From NCBI GenBank assembly GCA_964583035.1, contig CAZOUP010000003.1:25109-89108 (forward strand): DNA of 64,000 nucleotides, read 5' to 3'. This document shows positions 39,893-49,367 of this stretch, in pieces. Position numbers and translations under genes: made by a program. This stretch comes from an uncultured Akkermansia sp. Lineage in GTDB: Bacteria > Verrucomicrobiota > Verrucomicrobiia > Verrucomicrobiales > DEV007. Position 1 is the first letter of the stretch. Each line of letters opens with the position of its first letter. The notes beneath the pieces are model-generated. The model was given only the letters and a program-made list of their open reading frames with translations, was not told where the DNA came from and ran no database searches.

Positions 39893-39996
39893 AGAGGGTC
39901 AGGTCTGTGACTCAACAGGGTTGAGTCCGCCTTGATCTTGCTCCTACTCTTGATCCTGATCCCGTGTGCGGAGGTGCAAAACCATCCGGTTTCGGC

Positions 39997-40078
39997 CTCT
40001 TCTTCCTACTCTTCATCTTCTTCTTACTCTCCAGCGTTGCGTGGGGAGTAAGAAGAAGATTAGGAAGAAGAGTAAGAG
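39997..40078. repeat. Long intergenic hairpin with 6-nt periodic pyrimidine-rich and purine-rich arms
   Basis: Left arm ...ATCTTCTTCTTACTCTCCA pairs with right arm TGGGGAGTAAGAAGAAGAT...; lies between convergent sulfatase and cysJ. Confidence 0.75.
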
Positions 40079-40084
40079 TTGGAA

Positions 40085-41863
40085 TCAATAAACGTCGCGC
40101 TGATAGCGCTTCTCTTTTCGCAGCGCTTCCACATACGCCTTCGCCTCTTCCGCCGACTTCCCTCCGTGCTTGACCGCGATATCGATCAAAGCCTGATGGA
40201 CATCTTTCGCCATCTTCGAGGCGTCGCCGCAAACGTAAAAGTATGCGCCTTCCTCAAGCCATTTCCAAATTTCAGCGCCGCGTTCGGCGAGACGATGCTG
40301 GACGTAGATCTTGTCCTTCTGGTCACGGGAGAAAGCGGTCGTCAGCTCGGTGAGGCTGCCCTCTTCCAGATAGTCAAGCCACTCTAACTGATACAGAAAA
40401 TCGTAGGAGAAATGCTGGTCGCCGAAGAAGAGCCAGTTTTTACCGGTCGCCTCATCGGCGGCCCGCTCTTCGACAAAAGCGCGGAAGGGCGCTATTCCTG
40501 TGCCCGGACCGACCATGATCACGGGCGTTTCGTTGTTCTCGGGGAGGCGGAAATTTTTGTTGGAATGAAAGAAGACCCGAACCTTGTCGCCCACCGCGAC
40601 ATCGTCGGCGAGGTAGCAAGAGCAAACGCCGATCCGCTCGCGGTCATGGGTCTCATAGCGGACCGCCGCGACCGTGAGATGCACTTCATGGGGATGCTTC
40701 TTCAAGCTTGATGCGATCGAGTAAAGTCTCGGATTCAGCTTTCGGAGAATCCCGGTAAAGGTCTCCGCAGTCCAGCCTGTGTGCGGGTAGGTCTCTAACA
40801 AGTCCACCAAATGACGTCCCCAGATCCACTCTTTAAACGTGGTGCGATCTTTTTCATCGAGGAGCTTCTGGAGGTCCGCATTGCTGACGATCTCGTTGTA
40901 TTTCATCGCGATGGCCGGACTCAGCGTCGTGATGTCGAAGTCGAAACGGAAGGCGTCAGCGAGGGTCTTCTCGCCGAGCTTCGTGTTCGCGGTCAGTCCC
41001 GTCGCGGCGAGGATTGCTTCGATCTCGCTGGAACGGTTTTCGGGGTAGACACCGAGGGAGTCACCGGACTCATAGGTGAGGCCGGAGCCCTCAAGCGAGA
41101 TTTCGACATGGAGCGTCTCTTTGTCCGAGCCGGTTCCGTTGAGCACGATTTGCTCGAGGATCTCGGCTTCGTAGGGATTCTTTTTGTCGTAGACTAAAGC
41201 CGCCGGGGCGATGGAGGTGGCGGCGACGGCGGCAACCGCCTTGGCTTTCGGAAAAGCGCCAAGTGCACCCGAGAGCCAGCTCTTAAACGTCTCTTCGTAG
41301 TCGACGTCGCAGTCGGCGCGATCATAGACGCGCTCGCCGCCGAGAGCGGAAAGGCGTTCGTCGAAGTCTTTTCCGATCTTACAGAAATGCTCGTAGCTCG
41401 TGTCGCCAAGCGCACAGACTGAGTATTTTAAATTGGGAAGCTGCGGCATTTTGTCGCTCATGAACGCCTCGTAGTAACCAGTCGCCCCGTCCGGTGGATC
41501 GCCTTCACCCCACGTGCTCACGATCACGAGAAGGTTGTCTGACTTCGCGAGGTCTGCGGCTTTCGCATCGCCCATATTCACGACTTTTGCATTAAAGTTC
41601 GCCTTCTCAGCCGCCTTCTTCATGTCGCCGGCTGCCTTCTCGGCATTGCCGGATTCGGAGCCGTAAAGAACGGTCATGGTCTGCTTCTCGACGGAAGCGG
41701 CAACACTGGCCGCAGGCGCGATCGCACCGCTATTGCCGGCGAAGCCAATCCCGGCGAAGAAGCCGGAGAGCCAGGTTGCCTGGTCCGGATTAATGCCGGA
41801 GCCGAGTTGTTGGGCCAGTTGCTGCTGGTCCGGCTGCAAAGGAGTGAGGTTCGGAAAACTCAT
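40085..41863 (-). CDS. cysJ: Sulfite reductase (NADPH) flavoprotein subunit
   Basis: Flavodoxin YGSESGNA, STWGEGDPP; RLYSIASS; GPGTGIAPFR; YVCGDA; RYQRDVY. ATG at 41863 chosen. Confidence 0.95.
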   Translation of the reverse strand: MSFPNLTPLQPDQQQLAQQLGSGINPDQATWLSGFFAGIGFAGNSGAIAPAASVAASVEKQTMTVLYGSESGNAEKAAGDMKKAAEKANFNAKVVNMGDAKAADLAKSDNLLVIVSTWGEGDPPDGATGYYEAFMSDKMPQLPNLKYSVCALGDTSYEHFCKIGKDFDERLSALGGERVYDRADCDVDYEETFKSWLSGALGAFPKAKAVAAVAATSIAPAALVYDKKNPYEAEILEQIVLNGTGSDKETLHVEISLEGSGLTYESGDSLGVYPENRSSEIEAILAATGLTANTKLGEKTLADAFRFDFDITTLSPAIAMKYNEIVSNADLQKLLDEKDRTTFKEWIWGRHLVDLLETYPHTGWTAETFTGILRKLNPRLYSIASSLKKHPHEVHLTVAAVRYETHDRERIGVCSCYLADDVAVGDKVRVFFHSNKNFRLPENNETPVIMVGPGTGIAPFRAFVEERAADEATGKNWLFFGDQHFSYDFLYQLEWLDYLEEGSLTELTTAFSRDQKDKIYVQHRLAERGAEIWKWLEEGAYFYVCGDASKMAKDVHQALIDIAVKHGGKSAEEAKAYVEALRKEKRYQRDVY

Positions 41864-41903
41864 GTCAGAAAATCGAAGCGGGGAAAATTGATGAAAGGAA
41901 AAA

Positions 41904-43661
41904 TCAGAGGGCGAGTTCAGGCTCGGCAAGATCTTTGTGGAAGTCGTGGCCGTGCTCAGTCGCCTTGACGTAACCGGCGCGGATCGTAAAGTCGCCGAAG
42001 CGCTCTCCGTCCTCGCGGTTTTTGGCGTAGTCTTTGATGATTGGCGTGAGGACTTTCTTCACGTCGGTGCTTTTAACGGAGGGTGCGTAGAGTTTGCTGA
42101 GGCGCTGCCCGGCAAAACCCCCACCGAGGTAAAGGTTATACTTCCCGGGAGCACGACCAACGAAGCCGATTTCGGCAATGTAAGGGCGGGCGCAGCCGTT
42201 CGGGCAACCGGTCATCCGGATCGTGATCGCATCGTGGCGCAGACCGGCGTCGTCGAGCACTTCATCAAGCTCAGAAACGAGATCGGGGAGATAGCGTTGT
42301 GACTCGGCAAGGGCGAGGCCGCAGGTCGGCAGAGAAACACAGGCCATCGAATTCAAACGCAGCGCGGACCGCTCGTGAGAATCGATCATTTTGTATTCGG
42401 TGAGGAGTCTTTCGATCTCCGCTTTCTTCTTCGCCGAAATATTTGAAATGATGAGGTTCTGGTTCGCGGTGAGGCGGAAGTCCCCCTTGTGAACCTTTGC
42501 GATTTCGCGGAGTCCGGTCAGCATCGGGTATTCATCGGTGTCACGGACGCGACCATTCTCGACGAACATCGTGTAGTGGTGGTTGCCGAGGTGGTCTTCG
42601 ATCCAGCCGTAGCGGTCGCCGTTGTCTTCGAACTTAAAGTTGCGTGGCTTTTCGAGTTTGAAGCCGCAGAGCTTTTCGACTTCGTCGCGGAAGGCATCGA
42701 CGCCCATGCGCTCGACCGTGTATTTGAGACGGGCGTTGGTGCGGACGTCGCGATTGCCGAAATCGCGTTGCACGCGGACGACGGCTTCTCCGACGGTCAC
42801 GGCCTGCTCAGGAGTGCAGAATCCCATGACGTCAGCGAGACGCGGGAAGGTGTCCTCATTGCCGTGGGTCATCCCCATGCCGCCACCGACGGTGACGTTG
42901 TAGCCGACGATTTTGTCATCGCCTTCGAGAATCGCGATGTAGCCAAGGCAGTGCGCGTAGATATCGACATCGTTGCTAGGAGGCACTGCGATGACCGTTT
43001 TGAATTTACGCGGGAGGTAGTGCTTGCCGTAGATCGGCTCTTCCGGATCGGCGATGTCGTCGATCTTGGGCGGGTCGTAGGTGACTTTCACTTTCTCGCC
43101 CGTCCCGTCATCGATCCAGATTTCGTGGTAGGCGCTCGTGCGCGGGCTGAGGTGATCCGAGATTTCCGTCGCGAGCTCGAGGATGTCGCCGTGGACCTTC
43201 GACTGCATCGGGTTCGGGTTGCACATCACGTTACGGTTCACATCACCACAGGCAGCGAGGGTGTCGAAAAGCGCTTCGTTGATCTCGGCGATCGACTTTT
43301 TGAGATTGCTCTTAATGACCCCGTGGAACTGGAAGGCCTGGCGCGTCGTGAGCTTGATCGCTCCATTCGCATGCTCCTGCGCGATGCGGTCCATTTCGAG
43401 CCATTGCTCAGGAGAGCTGACTCCACCGGGGACGCGGACACGGATCATGAAGGAAAAGGCCGGTTCGAGCTTTTTCGCGCGGCGCTCTTTGCGAATGTCG
43501 CGATCGTCCTGCTGATAGATGCCGTGGAATTTCGTGAGCTGCTGATCGTCTTTGGAAAGCGATCCCGTCGCGCTGTTGGCGAGGCCTTCGAGGATCGTTC
43601 CCCGGAGATACTGGCTCGCGTCTTTGATGCCTTCGTTCGCTGATTTTCCCAATGTGGTCAT
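41904..43661 (-). CDS. cysI: Sulfite reductase (NADPH) hemoprotein subunit
   Basis: KFHGIYQQDDRD, TTRQAFQFHG, YLPRKFK, CVSLPTC, TGCPNGC (siroheme/[4Fe-4S] ligands). Confidence 0.96.
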   Translation of the reverse strand: MTTLGKSANEGIKDASQYLRGTILEGLANSATGSLSKDDQQLTKFHGIYQQDDRDIRKERRAKKLEPAFSFMIRVRVPGGVSSPEQWLEMDRIAQEHANGAIKLTTRQAFQFHGVIKSNLKKSIAEINEALFDTLAACGDVNRNVMCNPNPMQSKVHGDILELATEISDHLSPRTSAYHEIWIDDGTGEKVKVTYDPPKIDDIADPEEPIYGKHYLPRKFKTVIAVPPSNDVDIYAHCLGYIAILEGDDKIVGYNVTVGGGMGMTHGNEDTFPRLADVMGFCTPEQAVTVGEAVVRVQRDFGNRDVRTNARLKYTVERMGVDAFRDEVEKLCGFKLEKPRNFKFEDNGDRYGWIEDHLGNHHYTMFVENGRVRDTDEYPMLTGLREIAKVHKGDFRLTANQNLIISNISAKKKAEIERLLTEYKMIDSHERSALRLNSMACVSLPTCGLALAESQRYLPDLVSELDEVLDDAGLRHDAITIRMTGCPNGCARPYIAEIGFVGRAPGKYNLYLGGGFAGQRLSKLYAPSVKSTDVKKVLTPIIKDYAKNREDGERFGDFTIRAGYVKATEHGHDFHKDLAEPELAL

Positions 43662-43759
43662 GAAAAGAGGGGGGAGGTTCTAAAAATATTTTAAAGTTGC
43701 GTGGTTTACTAATGTATTGTATCGGCCCAATCGCAAGCGGTTTTTCGCGGCCTTTAACG

Positions 43760-44185
43760 ATGCGTCTTCCCTTAAAAACAGAGTATGCCTGCCAGGTTTT
43801 GGCGCAATTGGCTCTTACCTACTCGAAAGACCACGTGAGGCAAGTTGAGGATTTGGCCCTCGCGGAGGGACTTTCTCCGAATTACTCCGTGCAGATTCTT
43901 ACGACGCTCCGCCAGGCGGGACTCGTCATCAGTCGTCGGGGCAAAAATGGAGGCTACCTTCTCGCTCGTCATCCGGACGAGATTACGCTCGCAGACATCG
44001 CTGCGGCGATGGAGGGGGAGCAATTAATTGAAAGTAGTCCCGGAAACGACGGCATGTCCGCCGCGACCGTCCACAGCGCATGGCTTCAGGTAAACCAGGC
44101 CATGCTCGAAGCCTGTCGTAAAATCACGCTGAGTGAGCTCGTCGCGAAACCCGAAGATGTCGGCGGCGCGGATTGGGTGATCTGA
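43760..44185 (+). CDS. Rrf2-family regulator (CymR-like, no Fe-S Cys triad)
   Basis: SRRGKNGGYLLA, ITLADI, MEG; divergent from cysI; ATG at 43760 chosen. Confidence 0.88.
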   Translation: MRLPLKTEYACQVLAQLALTYSKDHVRQVEDLALAEGLSPNYSVQILTTLRQAGLVISRRGKNGGYLLARHPDEITLADIAAAMEGEQLIESSPGNDGMSAATVHSAWLQVNQAMLEACRKITLSELVAKPEDVGGADWVI

Positions 44186-44191
44186 TCTTTG

Positions 44192-44482
44192 CTACTCGAT
44201 GTGTCGCTTGAAATCCATCGCGGCATGCAGGATTCGAACAATTTCCAAGACGTCATCTCCGGTTCGGAAAAGCACGACATGCTTGGCCTGAGTCGCTATC
44301 TGGCAGCCTGGAAACAGGTCTTCGCGGGATCGATAAACGGACGGATCCGACTGAATTGACTCGAAGCGATCCCATAAATCAAAGAGGTAGCGCTCCTCTT
44401 GTTCAGGCCCCCATCGGTGGAGCGTGTAATCTCGAATTTCCCGAAGATCGGCCTGCGCGGCGCTCGTGATTGGAAGCCTCAT
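44192..44482 (-). CDS. parE: ParE/RelE-family toxin
   Basis: AQADLREIRDYT..WG..Q...Y, HVVLFR, IVRILHAAMD; ATGA overlap with the antitoxin. Confidence 0.9.
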   Translation of the reverse strand: MRLPITSAAQADLREIRDYTLHRWGPEQEERYLFDLWDRFESIQSDPSVYRSREDLFPGCQIATQAKHVVLFRTGDDVLEIVRILHAAMDFKRHIE

Positions 44483-44718
44483 GACTCACCACGAGCCAGT
44501 TTGAGAAATTCTTCACGAGAATTGACCGCGGTCGTTTCTCCAGCTTCCAATTGCGCGAATCCGATGGCGGCTTCCCTCTGGAGCCAGGTATTTTCCTGCT
44601 CCTCGCGAAGGGAATGTCGTAGCGCTTCCCGAATGACTTCACTGGCGTTGTTATAAAGTCCTGACTCAACCTTGCGACGGACTTCATTCTCCAGCTCCGG
44701 GGTGAGAGAGATGTTCAT
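44479..44718 (-). CDS. parD: ParD-family RHH antitoxin
   Basis: MNISLTPELE...VESGLYNNASEVIREALR. Confidence 0.92.
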   Translation of the reverse strand: MNISLTPELENEVRRKVESGLYNNASEVIREALRHSLREEQENTWLQREAAIGFAQLEAGETTAVNSREEFLKLARGES

Positions 44719-44723
44719 GACAA

Positions 44724-44763
44724 AATATCAATTGAATAACAAAAAGTGTCAATCTTTGTTATT
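44724..44763 (-). promoter_or_regulatory. parDE promoter with palindromic operator
   Basis: TTGACA (44747-44752), 17 bp, GATATT (44724-44729); inverted repeat AATAACAAA/TTTGTTATT (44735-44743, 44755-44763) brackets the -35. Confidence 0.7.
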
Positions 44764-44917
44764 GGCCGTTCCGGCGAGGGACTTCAACAGATAGCTATCC
44801 GCCGTCTTTATCGGAAACTATTCAATTCCCTGCTTGGAATGCTGCTCACTGCTAGCTAAATCCCATATTTCGCTGGGTCTTTCATGCTCAGGTTTCCGTG
44901 AATCCGAGCGACGACAC

Positions 44918-46162
44918 TTAAGGTTCATCGCGGCCATTAAGAAAGCTTTGGTGAACTTCCCAGGTGTTTTCCTGCACGGATTTCACCAGTTCTTCGTAGG
45001 GGGTTCCATCAACCTGGATCATGCCCTGCTTGAGGATGTTCTGCCCACCTTTGAAGCGGTCGATATACTGACAACGGTGGTACCCGATGAGAAACGAGGT
45101 CGCGAATCCCTCATCCATATAAGTCGCGTGAGCTTTGCCGACACTGGCGGGATCCGGCAAGGTATTCCACATGACATTGGAGTGCTCGGAGGTGTTGAAA
45201 CTTGATTGATGATCGCAGATCATGACCGGCTTGCTGGTCGCTTCGTAGAGTTGCTCGAATTTTTCGGCAGGGTAGAGGCTGGCATTCGGCTGAACCGATA
45301 CGACGTCGATATAGGGCAACGCTTCCTGAATCACCTGCCACGGCAGCGCGGCCCCTGCGTATCGCTCCCCAAATACGAGGGTGTCCGGAAATAGATTCCT
45401 CGTGATGGGACCAATGTGAGAATAGATTTCCCTCGCGATCAAAACAAGAAAGGCTTCGTCTGTGGCTTCGGCACCGTTTTCTTTGAGAAACTGCTGATAC
45501 CTTTGTTGACCGGGTGCCTCTTCCGGTAGGGCTCGAATCGCATCGATCCAGGTTTTGCCATGCTGACGCTTTGCTCGTTGAAGATCCCACGCGGGCATAT
45601 CTGTCCAGTAGATAGCGATCAGATTCGGGCTCGCTGGATCGAATGTCTTGGCAGTCCGCTCAAGGACTCTTTGAGCCTCTTGCTTCCAGGGTTCGCCAAA
45701 GACATCCGGAAATTCGACCATTTCTCCCATCCACGAGCTGATCTTGCCGCTCGGTTGACTGCTCGCAAAATGCGGCAGCAGTTTTCGGGTAGTTTCATGG
45801 GAGTCATAGCCAAGGCTGTTATATCCCCACTGGCGAAAATTTATAAGAAGATCGGCATTGGCCCTATCCCAGTCTCCCGCGAGAGATTCTTTCAAAAAGT
45901 CATAGCGAGATTCTTCAGGCCTTCCGATGCCCCGGGTATGAGTCACCCCTTGAGCGAGAAATCCGTGTCCTTCCGGAGTGATCAAGAAGTGTCGCCCATC
46001 AAGTTTCTCCAAATGGAACCGGCCGGTTGCGGTTCCCTTCCAGGCAAGGTAACCGCCATATTGGTCGAAGCCCTGTTTGTCCGGGAAAACTTCTCCGAAT
46101 ACTGGAACGGCAGAGATCAGATAAAGCAGAGCGACTGGCAATAGTTTTGTAGATGGATTCAT
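44918..46162 (-). CDS. Exported GH50 (beta-agarase)-like TIM-barrel protein with atypical catalytic positions
   Basis: DQYGG, ATGRFHLEK...ITPEG, WGYNSLG, PDVF, IDVVS, GYHRCQYID, DGTPY follow the GH50 motif order; signal peptide. Confidence 0.65.
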   Translation of the reverse strand: MNPSTKLLPVALLYLISAVPVFGEVFPDKQGFDQYGGYLAWKGTATGRFHLEKLDGRHFLITPEGHGFLAQGVTHTRGIGRPEESRYDFLKESLAGDWDRANADLLINFRQWGYNSLGYDSHETTRKLLPHFASSQPSGKISSWMGEMVEFPDVFGEPWKQEAQRVLERTAKTFDPASPNLIAIYWTDMPAWDLQRAKRQHGKTWIDAIRALPEEAPGQQRYQQFLKENGAEATDEAFLVLIAREIYSHIGPITRNLFPDTLVFGERYAGAALPWQVIQEALPYIDVVSVQPNASLYPAEKFEQLYEATSKPVMICDHQSSFNTSEHSNVMWNTLPDPASVGKAHATYMDEGFATSFLIGYHRCQYIDRFKGGQNILKQGMIQVDGTPYEELVKSVQENTWEVHQSFLNGRDEP

Positions 46163-46427
46163 GAGATGGTGCCGATTGTGAAAGAGGGCAGTTGAGAAAT
46201 CTTGATAAACTGACTTCCGTTTTTACTCGGAAGTGTAGGGCTTTGACTACTTTTCTATCCGTTTTTTCCTGCCCTGGATGCCTACGGACTAAGAAGATAT
46301 GAGGAGCGGGCGGCGTTCGTAGGTTGCGGACTCGCCACAGAAATTCACGACGATAGCTTTTGGGCGCCCCTTGCCGCTCACGAGGGCAGGAATCCCCTCG
46401 CTAAAGGATTTTTTTTGCGGCAATCGA

Positions 46428-47486
46428 CTACGCAGGATAGCTTCCGAGCACCTTCACAAAGGAGCAATTTTGTTCCAACTGCCGGATGACCTTGGCAAGC
46501 ACTTCATCTTCGCAATGCCCTGCGATATCGACGAAGAAGAAATACTCCCAGGCGCGTCGTTTGGAGGGGCGGCTTTCGATTTTGGACATGTTGATCGAGA
46601 GTTCTTCGAAAGGCTCAAGGGCGCGGTGGAGTGATCCCGGTTCGTCGCGGACTGAAAACATGACCGAGGTTCGATCGTCGCCGGTCGGGGGGCAGGTCTT
46701 GTGACTGATGACGAGAAATCGGGTCGTGTTGTTCGCGATGTCCTGGATGGATCGCTCGAGGACCTTGAGGCCATATTGCTCGGCAATGAGGAGGCCTCCG
46801 AGGACGGCGGCACCGGCTTCTTTCGCGGCAACTTCGGCGGCGGCGGCGGAGCTGGATTTCTCAACCGGCTGAATCGTTGGGAAGTTTTTCCCGAGCCATC
46901 GGCGGCACTGGGCGATGATTTGCGGGTGACTGTAGATCTGGGTGATCTCCTCCCTCGGGCAATTCGCCATGAGATTGTTCTCAATCGTCATCATGACCTG
47001 GCCATAGATTTTGAGCGGGGAGTCGGCGAAGAGGTCGAGGGTGTGGGTCACGGCACCTTCGGTCGAGTTTTCGATGGGGACGACGCCGTAGTCGGCGATG
47101 CCGCGTTCGACCTGCTCAAAGACGTCTCCGAAACTTGCCTGAGGCAGGAATTTCACGCTGTGACCGAATTTACCAATCGCGGCCTGATGCGTCCAGGTCC
47201 CGGCGGGTCCGAGGTAGGCGATCTTGAGGTCTTCCTCAAGGGCGAGGGCGGCGGACATGATCTCGCGGTAGATCGCGCGGATTGATTTTTCCGGCATGCG
47301 CCCGCCTTCGCCTTTGGCGACGAGACTGCGGAGGAGTTTTTCCTCGCGCTCGGGGGCGTAAATTTCGAGGCCGTTCGCTTTTTTGATGACGCCGATCTCG
47401 TGAACGACGTCGGCCCGCTCGTTGAGGAGACGAATGATCTCCGTATCGATGGCATCAATTTTAATCCGATTTTCTTCGAGGCTCAT
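46428..47486 (-). CDS. pheA: Bifunctional chorismate mutase/prephenate dehydratase (P-protein)
   Basis: AroQ domain (IDAID...LNER), [27 protein letters not shown] domain IESRP. Confidence 0.96.
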   Translation of the reverse strand: MSLEENRIKIDAIDTEIIRLLNERADVVHEIGVIKKANGLEIYAPEREEKLLRSLVAKGEGGRMPEKSIRAIYREIMSAALALEEDLKIAYLGPAGTWTHQAAIGKFGHSVKFLPQASFGDVFEQVERGIADYGVVPIENSTEGAVTHTLDLFADSPLKIYGQVMMTIENNLMANCPREEITQIYSHPQIIAQCRRWLGKNFPTIQPVEKSSSAAAAEVAAKEAGAAVLGGLLIAEQYGLKVLERSIQDIANNTTRFLVISHKTCPPTGDDRTSVMFSVRDEPGSLHRALEPFEELSINMSKIESRPSKRRAWEYFFFVDIAGHCEDEVLAKVIRQLEQNCSFVKVLGSYPA

Positions 47487-48268
47487 GAGTGGTCGGCTTT
47501 CGATTCGCGAATTTCATCGGCGATATTGCTGAAATCAACATTGGCATCATCGTCGTCGCCCTCTTCATCGGAAGTGACGGCTTCGGTTTTGGCAGGTTCT
47601 TCGTCAGGGGATTCTTCTGACGTCCCTGCTTCCGGCTCTTCTTCGGGGGGCGCGGCTTCCTCCCCGGGGGTATCCCCGGTCTCTTCCTCTGCCTCGGCGG
47701 TGGGGAGTTTCACGGTGCGGAGTTCCCCGGAATTCGGAAGGTCGTCGAGATCTTTAACGCCGAAGTGTTCCATGAACTCTGCGGTCGTTTCGTAGAGCAT
47801 AGGACGACCGGGAAGATCGGCGCGACCGCCAATATGAACGAGACCGCGATCGATGAGCTTTTGAAGTTGGCCATCGACGGAGACTCCGCGCACCGCTTCG
47901 ATGTCCGCCTTGGTGATGGGCTGACGGTAGGCGACGAGGGCGAGGGTTTCCAGTGCTGCCGGGCTGAGCTTTTCGGGCCTCATCTCCGGGAGAAGTGCGC
48001 GAATCCAATCGGCGTATTCACTTCGGGTCACGAAGCGCCAGCCGCTGACGCCTTCCTGGAGTTCCACGGGACGTGCGCTCGCGGCGAGAACCTCACCGAG
48101 TTCGGCCACGGCGGTAGCCACTTTTGCCTCGGTGATGTTTTCCCAGTCCACGGCTTCAGGGAAATCGTGCAAGGCGGCACCCCGCTTCACCGCTTTGGCA
48201 ATTTCAGCCGAGGTGACGGGTTCGGGGGCGGCAAAAATGAGTGCCTCAATGATGTGGAGGAGATCCAT
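47483..48268 (-). CDS. scpB: SMC-Scp complex subunit ScpB
   Basis: [48 protein letters not shown]. Confidence 0.95.
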   Translation of the reverse strand: MDLLHIIEALIFAAPEPVTSAEIAKAVKRGAALHDFPEAVDWENITEAKVATAVAELGEVLAASARPVELQEGVSGWRFVTRSEYADWIRALLPEMRPEKLSPAALETLALVAYRQPITKADIEAVRGVSVDGQLQKLIDRGLVHIGGRADLPGRPMLYETTAEFMEHFGVKDLDDLPNSGELRTVKLPTAEAEEETGDTPGEEAAPPEEEPEAGTSEESPDEEPAKTEAVTSDEEGDDDDANVDFSNIADEIRESKADHS

Positions 48269-48336
48269 CGAAATGGCGAGTGAGCAAGCGTTTAAGCTGC
48301 CGCGAATTTGTCGAATTAAAAGAGGATTCTCGAAAC

Positions 48337-49212
48337 TTAAAACTGGTTTCTCCTCAGCTCGATGTCGCCGAGAACGACTTCCTGGCGGACTTGAAAGTAG
48401 TTCAGCTTCATCAACTCGAGGACGGCGAGAAAGGTCACGATCATTTCATGTTTACTCGTCGCATCAGCGAAGAGGCTCGAAAAGGCGATCGACCCGCCGG
48501 GTTCCACCTTGGAGAGGAGCAGGTCGATTTTGTCGCTGACGGTGTAGTGGTCATCCACAATTTCGCCGAGACCGTCGTCCTGGAACTTATCAAGGATATT
48601 CTGGAAGGCCTTGATCAGGTCAAAGACGCTGACGTCGCCGGAGAGAGGACGCTCCTGGTCTTTTGGAGCCACAATTTTGTCGGGTTTGCGGACAAAGTGA
48701 TCCTGCTGTTTGGATTCCTTTTCCCCAAGGAAATGAGCGGCTTCTTTGAATTTTTTGTATTCGATGAGCTGCCGGATGAGGTCCCAGCGCGGATCGTCCT
48801 CCTCCGCTTCTTCATCCGGCGGCTGGACATGCTTGGGAAGCATGAGGCGGCTTTTGATGTAGCAGAGGTTCGCGGCCATGACGAGAAACTCACCCGCAAC
48901 GCCGATGTTGAGCAACTTGAAGGTATCGAGATACTCCATGTATTGCTTCGTGATCCGCTCGATCTGGATGTCGTAGACGTCGATCTCATCGCGCTTGATG
49001 AGATAGAGCAGGAGGTCCATGGGGCCTTCAAAGATCTCGAGGGCGACCTTGTATTGGCTGCCATCGCCCTCGGGCATGATTCCGCCTTCTCCTTCGAATT
49101 CGGCGGAGTCTGCCGGTATTTCGATATCAGCAGGCTCCGTCACGGTAACCTCGGGCGATGCCGTCGTGTCGGTCTCCTTTTCCGGGGAAGGGTCTGGTTC
49201 GTTTTCAGTCAA
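48337..49212 (-). CDS. scpA: Segregation/condensation protein ScpA (kleisin)
   Basis: [43 protein letters not shown]; start uncertain (TTG). Confidence 0.94.
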   Translation of the reverse strand: MTENEPDPSPEKETDTTASPEVTVTEPADIEIPADSAEFEGEGGIMPEGDGSQYKVALEIFEGPMDLLLYLIKRDEIDVYDIQIERITKQYMEYLDTFKLLNIGVAGEFLVMAANLCYIKSRLMLPKHVQPPDEEAEEDDPRWDLIRQLIEYKKFKEAAHFLGEKESKQQDHFVRKPDKIVAPKDQERPLSGDVSVFDLIKAFQNILDKFQDDGLGEIVDDHYTVSDKIDLLLSKVEPGGSIAFSSLFADATSKHEMIVTFLAVLELMKLNYFQVRQEVVLGDIELRRNQF

Positions 49213-49367
49213 AGCGTCTCGTGTCCTGCATCAAAGCCTGAGGCGGGAGGGAATGCAAGGTGAGAGGAATTTCCGGAGGGGAATATTCTAAGAAAAAATT
49301 GAAGATGTCTCAAAATCACCGTTTTCCCGTGCTTTACCAAATTCGGTTTCTCCGCTTCATTCCTCGA

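Noticed and set aside
39931..40078. CRISPR array
   Set aside because: Short degenerate hexamers in inverted arrangement; no repeat-spacer units and no cas genes
42489..43643. 384-aa antisense ORF
   Set aside because: Shadow of cysI; no independent signal
44186..44917. ParDE as an integron cassette
   Set aside because: No attC hairpin or RYYYAAC/GTTRRRY pair could be identified, and only 6 bp separate parE from rrf2
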